The notes under the pieces were generated by a model, which was given only the letters and a program-made list of their open reading frames with translations, searched no databases and had not been told where the DNA came from. Positions 13,176-25,858 of a stretch of DNA of 64,000 bases are shown here, one piece after another. The stretch is from Yuukianura sp. NJ FZ-2021 (lineage: Eukaryota): positions 3,038,001 through 3,102,000 of the forward strand of contig CM102290.1 of assembly GCA_046563655.1 (NCBI GenBank), in the 5' to 3' direction. Both the position numbers and the translations under genes were made by a program. Within the stretch, counting starts at the first letter, position 1, and each line of letters starts with the position of its first letter.

Positions 13176-14167
13176 CTTCAGTAACAAGTGACTCACAGCA
13201 GATCAATCTAAAAAAAGAAAATACCAGAAGTTTATTGAACTTTTAACTTTTACTAGTAGTACTCACAACAACTTTAGAAAGTTACCAGCAGTTTCTTTGT
13301 AATCACAGAAGCTAGAGCAGGAATTCTTCAGAAGCGAAACGAGGTCCAGTCCAGGGGTCCCGGGGCGCAGTAGAAACACTTGAACCGTTGAACCGAGCTT
13401 GCTGAAGTTATAATCTTCGGAATCAGTGAGATCTACAAATACCGAAGTGGCAAATGTTATTTACAGATGATGACTCAACGGAACTATCATATGCGAATTG
13501 CCTGGATCACCTGACTATAACGTCACGAAAGATGAACCCCTCAGCCCCCCTGTTAGTTGTTATACTGTACTTGGGATGGGAAGATGGGATGTACTATGTC
13601 ATAGTCTATGTGTTGAAGAAGGTATGATTTCCCATGTGTTTTGCTTCATGGATTCTGGAATCTGGAACTCAACAGACACCATCAGTAGTCCATGAGACGT
13701 GAGAGCCACTCAACTTCAGAAGCTGAAGATTTCAGGGTCAAGGGTCAGGGTCTCACGTGAAGATAACCACTATTATATCCTAATCAGGTAACGTTATATT
13801 CAAGTTGAGAATTATCTGTCCCATATCTCCGGCGAGCCGTATTACTTTTATTCCTGGACTGACCAGCAGTACCACCAGTAGTACCGGTAGTACCGTCCTA
13901 CGTTCCTTCTCACTGGACAGGTAATTTAATAAGGCTAAAATTTCCGCAGTTTTAGCATTATCTAGTCACGCGAATTGTTCAGTTTTTTTAAGTTTTGCAA
14001 TTGGATAGTAACGCATAGCTTTTTTTTTAATCTTTGCAGTTGTCTGTCAACAGTAGTCGGATACAGTAAACGCTAGCCATCGACTCCAGCCCGGAATATA
14101 GGAACTGATGTTGGGAGTGGACTTGAACGAGATATAATCCACGTAGTACTGTGTAGTAGGCTGCAGG

Positions 14168-15828
14168 ATGGCAAGCGACATGAAAGCACTGTTGAAGGAA
14201 TTCGATGACCTCTCCTTAGAATTCCAAACGCTCACGGTCAGTTTTTCAACATGGAGTTTGAAAGTGGTAGCGTTGTTCTAATTTAGTGAATGTGGATTCC
14301 ATTTCTTTCAGGATGTACACAAGGACTATGTTACTAAATTGGATGCATTGGGAACTCTTCAAGCAAAATGTGTAAAGGAGCTGAACCATCAGCAGTACCG
14401 ACTTGGTGCTTTCAAGAAATCGCTGAAGAGGTTTGCATTGACACATTAATTTGACTTTTAGCTTTCATTTGTGACATAAAATACTAACTAGTGATCCGTA
14501 TTTCTTAGCATAAAGAAAACCCCTGACACCAAAGATGACTTTGACCTGCTGGAGAAGCGTATGCTACACAGAAAAGTTCAACTTGATGAAATGAAAGAAG
14601 CCTTGCCCAAAATGAACGGACTTTATCTGCGAATCATTCTCGGAAACGTCAATGTCTCAATATTGAACAAGGATGACAAGTACGAAGCGTAGAAATGAAC
14701 TCAAAGTTCCATTTTTGACAAGTTAATTACTCTTCGTTTTTCCTTAGGTTCAGATACAAAGATGACTATGAAAAATTCAAATTCATCATCAATGGAATTG
14801 GATTAACGCTATCGGTAATCAACCTAATAGCCAATTCAAGGTATGTTGACACTTACAACTGACCGTGTAGTGTATGACGAAGCTAAATTGAACTAACGTG
14901 TTGAATTTTGGGATGTTGCAGAGTTTTGGACCTTATGTTCATGTTTCTCCTTGTTTGGTACTACTGTACCCTAACAATTCGTGAAAGTATTCTAAAAGTC
15001 AATGGATCCAGGGTCAAGGGGTGGTGGCGTGTCCACCATTTCATTTCCACTGTCCTCTCCGGTGTTTTGTTAATTTGGCCCAACAATGCCGTTTACTACG
15101 AATTCCGAACACAGTTCATGTGGTTCAACGTTTATATAAGTAAATCCACTAATTATTCCATTTTTGCAATACTTTTAGTAATTCGGTAGCAAATTACTAA
15201 TTAAAATCTTGTTTCTCTCGTAGGTTTTGTCCAGTTTTTGCAGTTTCGCTACCAGCAAGGATGTCTATATCGTCTCCGAGCTCTTGGCGAAAGGCACAAC
15301 ATGGACATTACGATCGAAGGATTCCATTCCTGGATGTGGAGAGGACTCAGTTTCCTTCTTCCGTTCCTCTTCTTTGGTTATTTTCTTCAGCTCTACAACG
15401 CTTACGTTCTCTATCATCTCAGTTTTCGTCCAGATGCTGGCTGGCAGGTCAGAGTTCAAACTTATCCAAATTCAACACTTAAGTCTTATTCAATTAACCG
15501 TTACTAAAATATCTGTTATCTAGGTTCCGGTAATTAGTTTCTTGTTCTTCACGGTCTTCCTTGGTAAGTTTTTGAATATACTGAGACTGAATGTTTTGAA
15601 GTAGATTCTAACGATTTCTGTTTGTCGTGTCCAGGGAACACTGTGACGACAATGATGGTCATTCCGCAAAAGTTAAAGGAAAAAGTGAAGCTGAAGGAAC
15701 GATTTGTAGCTTTGGACAAATATTTCCGACGGTTCAATCGAGATCGGGAACAGCGTGAACGCGACAGTCCTGAAGCTAGTAACAATGAAGACGAATCCAA
15801 TGCTTCAAAAAAGAATAAAGACGATTAA
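14168..15828 (+). CDS. TMEM120: Transmembrane protein 120 (TMPIT/TACAN family), multi-exon
   Basis: Exon peptides: [105 protein letters not shown]. Introns are GT-AG. Confidence 0.95.
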
Positions 15829-16206
15829 GTTTCTTCCAATCCAGCCCAACCCAAGTGATAACTAGCGACATTATGCCAAGAATAATGAAATCATCGTTCG
15901 CACAAGCGAGAAGAACTTCAGATTCAGGAACATGACGAAATAACAAAAAGAAATAATCCACGTGACTCCGCTAATACGGTTAGTATCTAAGAAATATATA
16001 ATTTGTTCCATACCTGAATAATATTTAAAATTTCGAAAAATCGTTAAAAGAAAGGAAGTTACAATAAATTACAATAACTGGAAAATTTAAATCATGTAAA
16101 AATCTGAGTGAAGTACCCCATTCGTAATTGAGAGAAGAGCTAATTTCGTGAATAGAGTTATGTATATCCTTAGAGGAGAGTTAAAATTAGAAACAAAATT
16201 AAAATG

Positions 16207-18907
16207 TTAGGTCACATGACCTCCAGGAGAAGTGTTCTGGTCAGCCGGAGTTCTAGAGCCAGGGAAGACGCTGTCATTGGCATTACGAAGTGCTTCAGCC
16301 TCAGCTTCCAGTTCCATTAATCGATGATTATTCAGTTTCTCTTCCAGTGCTAAATAAGCGTCTTGGAGTACAGATGATTGAGTGGAGGCTGGTTGAAGGG
16401 TCTTGAGCATACTGTCTAGTCGGTGGGCGTTTAACTTGTGATGGGCATTGTACACTAATCGGATCAAGTGACGAGTAACATTTTCTTGTGGAAGACCTAC
16501 ACAGAGGTATTCATCAAAAACTACGGTACTAAAATCTTCTGAAGTAAAGTCATCCACCATTCCAATTAGCCCAGAAATCTACAGCAATTGAAACACAATT
16601 AAAATTATGCACGAAATTCCAAAAATATAAGTAAACTTGAAAAAATGTTGTAGCAGGTCATTAGTGCAAAAACAAGTGCAAATTCAGCAAGTTTGCAACC
16701 AGTGGACTGAACATTATAGGGGCGTAGGTTAGGTTTTTTTTAAAGAGTTGGTTGTGCCATTGGTATTGGTAACGTATGTTCAGGGTTGCCAACTTGAGGA
16801 ATTCGCTCTTTTTGTTTTCGTACTAATGACCTGCAGCTGGAAATACTGGTGATGCTTACAAGAGTGTGTAAAAAGGGATCATCGTAGGCACGGAAGCGAT
16901 ACGTTGTTGCTAAATATCCTAGAACTCTCATGACTCCGCTTTTTTCTTTGGCTCGAACCAGGTTCAGAGCATAGTACATCGCTAAAGTAGCAGCGACTGC
17001 AGATTCTCCGAGGTACGCTTGGAATGCATCCGGTGGTGGACCTTGTAAAAAGACGTAAATCGACCAATTAGTAATCGAAGGAAGGCATAAAGTAAGTTTT
17101 TCGGTATATCGATAGTTACCCGAATGTTCAATGACAGCAATTGCCTGTGACCTTTCATCGTGCGGTAGTTTAGCATTGAGTGTTCTCATTTGGTCATCTA
17201 CCATGAGGACCATCAGAGACGGAATGAATTTAGTAACAATTTGGGGATCCAGCTTAGGTTCTTTGAAGTTCTGTGAATTAATCATTTCCCAGGCACTTAG
17301 TCCTAATGACAGCATCCGAAGGAGAAGAACTAAAATTGGATTCTCTCGAGGCAGAATTTCATTGTTCATGACAGTCTGTTCAAATAAGAAAAGAAAATTA
17401 GTGTCCTTGGCCTCACTCAAGTTGGCGTTTACTAGAAAAACTCTGACTTACCCCCAGGATTTTCATTGCCGAACTTGCCAAGAAGTTAATTGCATACGGA
17501 TCGCAAAGTATCATGGACAAATCCCCTAGAACCTTCTCTTGACCTAGTTTAACACTATCCAGAAATCCCTGAAATTGCAACATGACATATGATTCCCAAC
17601 TTTTGATCTTCTTCGTTACAAATTAAATCGATTTTCACCTGAAGTTCACGAGATCTTTTCAAATCAAGATTTTTCTCACGCACGCATGCATCTAGACACC
17701 AAGTGAATTTATGGCACGGGTCAACTGAGATGACTTCCTGCATGTAAAAAGTAGACGTAGTTAGCAATTTCATTATCAATACCCATTAATTTTTAGTTGA
17801 ATTTTGGTCTAGTGTACCTGAATCTCCAGATCATGTAAACTCATTAGTAATTCTGCCCGCAAACTGCAATAGTGAACGTTTTTGGTTCTTAGAAACAGAG
17901 TTCTTAGAAACTGAAGTGTCATATCATATAATTTCAAATTCCGTCCTATCATGTGTGCCAATTTCTGTACCAGCTCGCCCTGCCGCCGAGCCTGAAATTA
18001 AGAATTACCAAAAATGGATGTACATAAGGGTGCAACTACAACAAATTCAGTCATTCCAATACCTTTGGTGTAGAATTGAAAAAGCTGTTGGTGGTATTCT
18101 TGCAGTCAAACAGTAGTTGCTCTTTGACCCGAATGTACGCCGTGAAAATTGGTCCTACTTGATCCCCAAACAGGGTCTGATTATCCTTCCAGATTTGTTG
18201 TTTTACTTCTGTATCACAGGCATCATATAACGCCTGATCATTGACTATTACATTTAAGTACTTTTCTCCTATACTTGACATATTCTTCAACACTTCAAGT
18301 ACCTGTAGGCACAAACAAAATCGAACATTCACACGATCTATTTTTCATAACAACATCTCAACGAATCCAGTCAAAATTTTACCACAGGTCGCAGCGGAGG
18401 AATCTTTATGACTGGGAAGCTCTTTTGTAACAGTTCTTTTAACTTATTATCTTTTTCAGTAGCCTCCAGGTTTCCAATCTCCTTGATCTTCAGTATCAGT
18501 TTATCTCTGAGTTCCTAGTTACAAATGCCAACGGTATATCAACGGTTAATCAAAACTAATCTTGTGCAATTAAGTCTCAAAGTGTATCTTCATACCTCCA
18601 TTACTGTAACGTGAAAATCGTGTCGCCTAGTCCCATGTAAATCCAGTAAAGGGAGCATCGGACGTAAAGATGGAAGTAAAATTTCATTTTCAGCCTACAG
18701 TATAACATAATTACAGTTAACCGGGTACAATTACTTTGAAAGTGACAAATAATGACAATCCATAGTTAAAGTTAATCGATTTACCTGAAATTCTTCAATT
18801 GCTTTCAATGGATCTACACAATTTGCTAAAGCGTCCCTTAGAAAGTCCTTACCAGGAATACCAATTTCCTCTAGTCCCCACCCCGTTTGACCTGGCACGC
18901 CAGTCAT
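16207..18907 (-). CDS. NELFB: Negative elongation factor B (COBRA1), multi-exon
   Basis: Peptides: GLEEIGIPGKDFLRDALANCVDPLKAIEEFQ, ILLPSLRPMLPLLDLHG, VKQQIWKDNQTLFGDQV, DPCHKFTWCLDACVRE, LPRENPILVLLLRMLSLG. Confidence 0.95.
16655..16832. mobile_element. MITE family A, copy 1 (in a NELF-B intron)
   Basis: ~50-bp imperfect terminal IRs (AGGTCATTAG...GTTTGCAACCAGTG / CAGGGTTGCCAAC...CTAATGACCT). Homologous to 57879-58048. Confidence 0.75.
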
Positions 18908-21900
18908 TCTATGTCAAAGTACAATTAACTAAAGTAACTAATTTATTTAACTACTCATTACTAATTAACAAAACCAAAATAACAATTAAATTCTTATGAC
19001 TAAACAAACACATGCAAAAATACTACTGACAAAAACTTTTTAGGTTTCAAAGAAATCAAAATTTACAAATTCAAATGTAAGATTTTGGCGCCTTACCCTT
19101 TTTGGCTACCGCGGAGTGTGAGAAAGGCGGAAAAATTCAAAATAGCGTCCTACTGTAAATATTTTCAAATTTAACAAAAGTTAAACATTTAAATTATTAC
19201 GTAATTATTAATTAACAATTAATTATTTTTGTATGTTGAGAAAAATATTGCACGTTGCTCCAGTTTGCGCTTCAGTTTACGCTTGTATCCCACCGTAATG
19301 GCATCAAGGTAATACGAGGCGGAGCAGTACGGTACCATTGACGTTGCGGTCATTTACGTTAAAAAATTAAGGTCAATGTCAAAGGTCAACCTACAATAAA
19401 AATTATGGAAGTTGCAAGGATCATAAATTTCAGGTTTTGGAATGTGGAATTAATATTCTTTCAATTTTCTTTTAAAAAAAAGTAAGGTGTCAATTCCACT
19501 TTCAGTTTTAAGTTGAGCTTTGATTTTTGGCACAGATTTGAGGCTGCCATTTTATGCAATTTGTCTGCTAAAATTCAACCTGCCTTCTGCGATAGTACCT
19601 TGTTCCGCCAAAGCCATAAAACAGAGACCAACATACGAAAAAGTTGTTTGCAATTTTACATGGACAAGAGTAGCGTTATAAGTTAGGGTAATCAAGAAAT
19701 TAATTCAGGAAAAACTGGGCAGTAAAATTATTTATTTCTCTGTTCTAGATTTTCTTTTACAACTTGAACAATTCGTTTCTTGCAGTCCAGTTTTTTTTTC
19801 ATCAAAGGTCAGAAACGTTGTCGAGACTTTACTTGGATAGGAAATGATGACATCCTTGTTCATGACCATTGATGACACGATATGACCAGGATAGAATGAT
19901 TTATTACCACCATGTCAAAATACGCGCAGGCGCATCCCACCATCATTTCCTAACCTGTACTACTGGCAGTTAACATTTTCAATTCTGTTTTCTACTAAAT
20001 ACTAAACTCAATTGTCAATCTGCCAACAACTTTTAACTTTTTTGTTTCAAAAAGAAACAAAATCTTCAAATCTTGATTGTGACTCTGACAGATTCTAAAA
20101 GATTTGACGTTTTTGAAAACATGGTGGTGGTTGTGGTTATACATAGTATAGGGGCTTATACATTTGATTGTCAATTGCAACAGAGTTGAAGTCATGGTTA
20201 TGGCATGTGTTAAGGTAAGATGAAGGTCCGAGATGATGATGATGGGTGTAGTTAATTTATATTAATTTTGAATTTTTTGGACCTGCCTAGGGTACCTTCT
20301 CGCTCTCTCAAGTTGGAAATGGAGAGAGTAATTCGTTTTTGGACCCCATGGAGCTCAGTCTAGGTGGAAGTGGTTGAAGTCCATTGTCTTCCAAGTCCAA
20401 ACTGGATGGTCAATGGGATTTTGGTCTTGGAGATCATGTCTTCCCGAGTCTCGCTGATCTTGTGAGGAACATGAAAAAAATAACCCTGACGACGACGCTC
20501 CTTCCTTCCAACATCTTCCGAACATATCCAACAGTTAGTCTTCAACAAGATCTTATTGTTCTTTCATGACCAACAACCCTCAGCAGTTCAGTCTTCTTCC
20601 AAAGGCAGTTCAAACCACTTCATCATCACAGTTGGTGCTTTCCTGAACTAAAGTGAACGAATAACATTGTTCATACGTTAGGCTCAAAACATCCAGCTCC
20701 AGCATATCCTTGGAATATCTTCTGGACCGGGATTCTGAACAACCAAGACGGTAAGATTTTTTCAATTTCAATCATCCACAAGGTCAACGAGAGTGTCAAG
20801 GACGTTACCCGCTTGTTTCTCGTTAGGCGCCAAAGTTAAGTAAAGTTAAGCGTCTAGAACTTTTGACATTTACTGTATTTTAAAATAGGTGCACGTTTTA
20901 ACATATTTTGCTGGGTACGTTATGCCACTTTCATCCTTGGTTCAGATTTGCCCGGAGTCAAAGTCTTGCCTACTTGAGTTTCAAAAAAAAAATTGAAATT
21001 TTTTTTTGTTGAAAATTGTTGTGGAAATATGATCTTGCGAACGTGCTCAAATGATGAGCCGGTTGAAATTTGTTCCGGGAAGGGAGTGGGATGCAGCACT
21101 TTGTCTTGGCCAACCTTTTAGCAATATTTCACTTTTGTTATTCTTCTGTGCAAAAATCGTTGTGAAATGTGTCAGTACTTTTTAAAATTCTTTTTAAAAT
21201 TTTGTTCAAAATGGAAGAAATGTACTTGAGCTGGCGCCTGCGACGAGGTTTTTAGTAGCCAAGTAAGTTTAGTCTCAAATATCAAAACGATTCTACTTTA
21301 TAGCGGCATTTTTCTCATTAATTCTTAAACGTTGGTAAGAAATCGAAAAAAAGGCGGTTGTTTCAAATATCACTGAGATTTTTTGAATTTGACAGCCATG
21401 GGAGGGGCGGACATCATTTGAAGTCAGGTTGTTCATCAAACGTATTGACAGTTCAGTTAGCTCTGGGGTCAAGTAGACCAAACTCCAACAATGTATTTAT
21501 ACCAAGCAAAAAGTTTCCTTGAACTTTCCACTTGACATTTGATGACCTTTTGAGGTCAATGTAGTGCGTGGGTGTCAAAATTTTAAATTAACTTTCATAT
21601 CATTTAATTTCAAATCCTAATTTGAGAACTGTCAAAAACCCAAAAATTTGAAATGGAATTGAAGAAATTGCCTTTGGTGGTTATAAGTTGATCTTTTGGT
21701 TTTAATTCTCGCATGGCACTTTTCTTGTTCCTTTGCCTTTTTACAAGGAAATAAAAGCTTGATTTTTGTAAATTATCTTTACCATCTTCCTACGGTTAAG
21801 AAAACTCGTTTTCACAAACAGAAAACATTACACCTTCTGTTTCTACTGAACTTTTAAGAGCTTATAAGCTCCCAAAAACCACTGAACAATTTCCCAAACA

Positions 21901-22884
21901 CATCCTCTCTTCAAGTTTCAACTTTCAAAAAATTAAACTGAATTATCCAGAATGTCTAAGGAGCTCACGGAGTTAGAGTCACATTAATTTCAGAGGCCGA
22001 CAGGCACACAGGCATCATTAGTTTGACCTCTTCAATTCCTCTTTTTTCTTTTTCAAAATCAAGATCAACGTCTTAAGACAGGAAAAAGTGAACAAATTCT
22101 GGTTGGTTGCGTAAAGAAGGATTTACTAACAGCGTATGTCATTGACTGCCAAATGTTTCAAGTTCCCAGTGGATTCCAGATCACAAAGCACTCAGGAATT
22201 CCGCAACTTCAAACTCTTGACTTAAAAAAATTTACAACATTTTAGATAGCCGAAAACATTTTTTCAGGATTTTGGATTCCCAAAAACATTTTTGCAAGTT
22301 TTTAGATTAAACTTGTCTCTTTTTTGCAAAATGTGCAAAAATTGTTACGGTTGATGATGTTTTGAGGGAGTGGGTGGAGATAGTGTTTTGAAAAGCCCCA
22401 AAGAAACAATGGATGAGTGACATTGTAATTCCATTTAAGAATTCCATTTAGTTTTGAATCCAATAATCTTGAGAAGCCTTAACTCGTTTTCGTTGGAGCA
22501 TGGAACGTACATGGGTTAAGTGGTAACATTTGAATCTCCAAAGATTGGTTCTTTTTAAGTGGAAATGATCTGTGTAGTGAAGAGTAAGTTTCGGTTAGTT
22601 CAAAGGGAAGTTTGCTTGAGGCTTGGTTCAAAGTGTGTGGAATGGTTCAATTACAGGTTAATTGGGATTTGGTGTAAATGGTCCCACTTTTACTTTCATT
22701 CACTCTTCTTCTTTATCCAATTTCAGGTGAAGTGTGATACGTTAATGGGTTGATTGGAAATGGTTTTTCTTAACTAAGTTTTAAGTGTGACTCGTGTCAT
22801 CTTCAAAAAAAAAACAAATTGGTTGATTTAAAATTTTGATTAGGCCAACCTGGTGTCAATTTTTGAAATGATAAACGTTGGAGA

Positions 22885-23103
22885 CAAGGTTCCTTGACAA
22901 CCATCTACTCTTTCTAACAGGTTGCGTAATACCACAGTTGTTCATAAAAAAAAATGAAAATAACAAAAAAATTGAGTACCATAGGTACCAATTTCAAAAA
23001 AATTGGTACCAATTTCCTATGTAAAAGGTGTAAAAATCATATGTAAAAAAAAAACAAGAGGTAGTACACAACCTCTTAAGGCAAACAAAATCAACAAACC
23101 TTG
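22885..23103. mobile_element. MITE family B (CAAGGTT...AACCTTG termini, hAT-like), copy 1
   Basis: Termini CAAGGTT/AACCTTG with subterminal AACAGGTTG..TACC. The interior aligns by eye with 41352-41616. Confidence 0.7.
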
Positions 23104-24192
23104 CTTTTGAGAGATGAAATGCTTCAAAAACAAGTTCAGAAGCTCCCAGACATCCAAAAATCGTTTGATTTGAGAAGATGCGCGGAGAAGTTTTGGAAAA
23201 ATGGTGATTTGCGCAGTTTTGAAAAGCGAGGTTGAGGGTAAGTAGTTTAGAAGACATTGTAGTTTATGAGACGAGAGGTGAGTTTGAAGATTCCAATTAA
23301 GGATGGATAGGTTGGTGCGTAGGATAATGGGAGAAAGCCTGGTGATTAATTTATGAATGCTAATGGGGGAAGAGGGGGTTTGGTGTGGAAGGGGGAGGTC
23401 AATTCAGAATGACAGGATGGAAGGTAGAGGTCATACTTTATGTTACAGTGTCTTTCGTTTTACTAAGGCACTGTATAAGGAACCTAACTTGAAGGCGATG
23501 TACAGGATAAAATGGAAACCTCCAAACAAGCGCCTTTTTTCAAATGTTCGTCTTTCAGAAAGTCTCAGGGGGTCGAACAATGGTTGGATCTTTAGAAGTA
23601 ATCTCATTAAGAATTACGAAACCACAAACAGCGTGGAGTCTACCAGTTTCATTCCTGTAACTTTTAGTATAAAAAGTCTATCCAATTTAACATTAGGTAC
23701 TTGCAACCTACGTACAAAAAATTGAGCCCTTAAACTCGGAAGGTCAAAGGTTAGCCCATGCGCAGAAGCCAGCATATTCAGTCTCCAACAATTATTTTAA
23801 CTGTGTTTTTAACTTTTTAACATTTTTAAAAGTTTTCTGCTAAACTTCAGTTTTTATGATTCCACGTTTGTTGAAAATGAAACCAAATGTTTTTAGTAAT
23901 GAAAATTACAATGTTCTGAAGAACTGGATTTTGTAAGATTCAAAATCTCCCTCTGATTCCTTCATAATTAATGGTGGAACTGCTTGGTATAACAAAGTCT
24001 TCTTCTCATCTTACAATGACCATCACAGGAAGACGTAAACAGTTCCACTCTATAGTAACTAAAAGGGTGGGACAACTTGAATTTCTGCATCAAATATCCT
24101 TAAGTCAGTGTTTGTCTAAAGCATATTTCATAAATTCGCGGTTTAAATTTAAATTTTTAATTTGATTCGTCGCGGTGAATCAACGTATTCAT

Positions 24193-24478
24193 CAAGGTTC
24201 GTAAACAAGAAAATAGTTTTTCTTTAACAGGTTAGGCAATAAGTCGCTTTTGTATTTTTTACCTCCTCGAAATTTCCAAAATTAAAAGCATAACGTCAAC
24301 TCTCGTTACGTTGCATTTCTTGCTCCAAACTTTTTTCTTCATTTTGGTTCAAACTTTTGAATTTTTGCACAAAAAGTGCGATAAACTTCAGAATAACTTC
24401 AGGGAAAAGAAAAATGTATGCAGCGACATTATTGACTATCCTGTTAAAGAAAACTATTCCGTTGCTATAACAACCTTG
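24193..24478. mobile_element. MITE family B, copy 2
   Basis: CAAGGTT...AACCTTG termini, subterminal IR AATAGTTTTTCTTTAACAGG / CCTGTTAAAGAAAACTATT, and a degenerate flanking duplication GTATTCAT/GTAAATCAT. Confidence 0.7.
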
Positions 24479-25676
24479 GTAAATCATGAGCAGTTTTTCT
24501 TTGGAGCTTAGCGCAACTTCCAAACGCAGATCCGCGTTCCAGCGTAGTTGGATTTCAGAAATGGTCTAGACGCATGAGCAGTAAAAAATTTAGGAGCCTT
24601 ACGCGTAGCCCCGTTTCCGCACATGCGTGGTCCGATTCCAGTACGTCTAAGCGGTTGACAGAAAGTGGATTTGCACTCGTTAGTGACCAAACTGTCTGAC
24701 AGTGGTAGTGGGATTGTTGCAAGTTGTATCAACTGTAGGCTCCAGGCTAACCTAACTGACTTTTGACACTGATTTACTCAAAAGAACAATAATTATGTAC
24801 GCAGAGAGCTGTTGCTTTCTTGGGTTACAGGAAATTGCCAACGGTGAGGCTACAACCACTTTACAATCCACGATTTGTATCCACTTGGCAATTTGTTACT
24901 CCCCCTTAACATTTCTTCCTGATTAGTTCCATAGTCCTGTTATGTAGAACACAACCAGACAAAAGGTTCCACAAAATTAACAATGCACAACAATTTAAAT
25001 GAATCCAACCTTAATTAACACTACATCACACTAGCAGAGTCAAGGGGCATTGACCTCCTTTGACCCATGACTCACACCCTGCGTCTTAAGTTACAAGTCA
25101 ATTCAACATTAGGAAAACATAGATTTCATGTTTACTGTAAAATTGAACCAATTTTGGAAGGGACTTGAAGGGCTCCCTTGGAATTGAGTTTTATAAGCTT
25201 CCGTTGAATGATTTATGACCAGGAGGACTTAAGGGCCTAACATCAATTGGACATTTTTTGAGGAGAAAATGACTTCTGGAACTTTACCTTCTTTTTCAAA
25301 CCGTGTCTCAATTTTGTTTAGAATACAACTTTTAAAAATGGCCCTTGTTCCTCTGGTTAAGGGTCTTTGAGAACCCCTTGGAGCAGGCAGAGGGCTCTTA
25401 AATCTTCAAGGCATTACTATTATAACGTTCATTTTTAGGGGGTTTAAAAGTTTTCCTTCCGTGGGAATCGTACAAAATATTTTGTTGTTCAAGGAATTTA
25501 CAATGGACCATAAGTCTCACTGTTGGTCCTCTTCAAGGGCCCCAGCGTAAGGGGCCCCTTTTCATTCAAAGTTTTTTTAAAGACTTTTTTCTTCAAAAAA
25601 ATTGAGCAGTAACTTGCCAGTGTAAAGCTTGAACCAGTTTAAAAAATTGGTCCATGGCACACCGTAATAGCAAATA

Positions 25677-25858
25677 TCTATTTTCTCGCAGATAACACGC
25701 GTCTTATCTGTGAAATTTTGCAAAATTTGGAAGGAATTTTGCCGATAATTCCTACACATTTTTAACAAAAATCGTCAGTTTTTCAGCGAAAGATTTTTTT
25801 CCTTCCAAATTTTGCGAAATTTCACAGATAAGACGCGTCTTATCTGCGAGAAAATAGG
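25677..25858. mobile_element. MITE family C (pogo/Tc2-like TIR), copy 1
   Basis: ~57-bp near-perfect IRs, CTATTTTCTCGCAGATAACACGCGTCTTATCTGTGAAATTTTGCAAAATTTGGAAGG and its reverse complement. The termini are shared with 50694-51064. Confidence 0.8.

Noticed and set aside
20372..20377. In-frame TGA as a selenocysteine codon
   Set aside because: No recognisable SECIS downstream and no selenoprotein homology.
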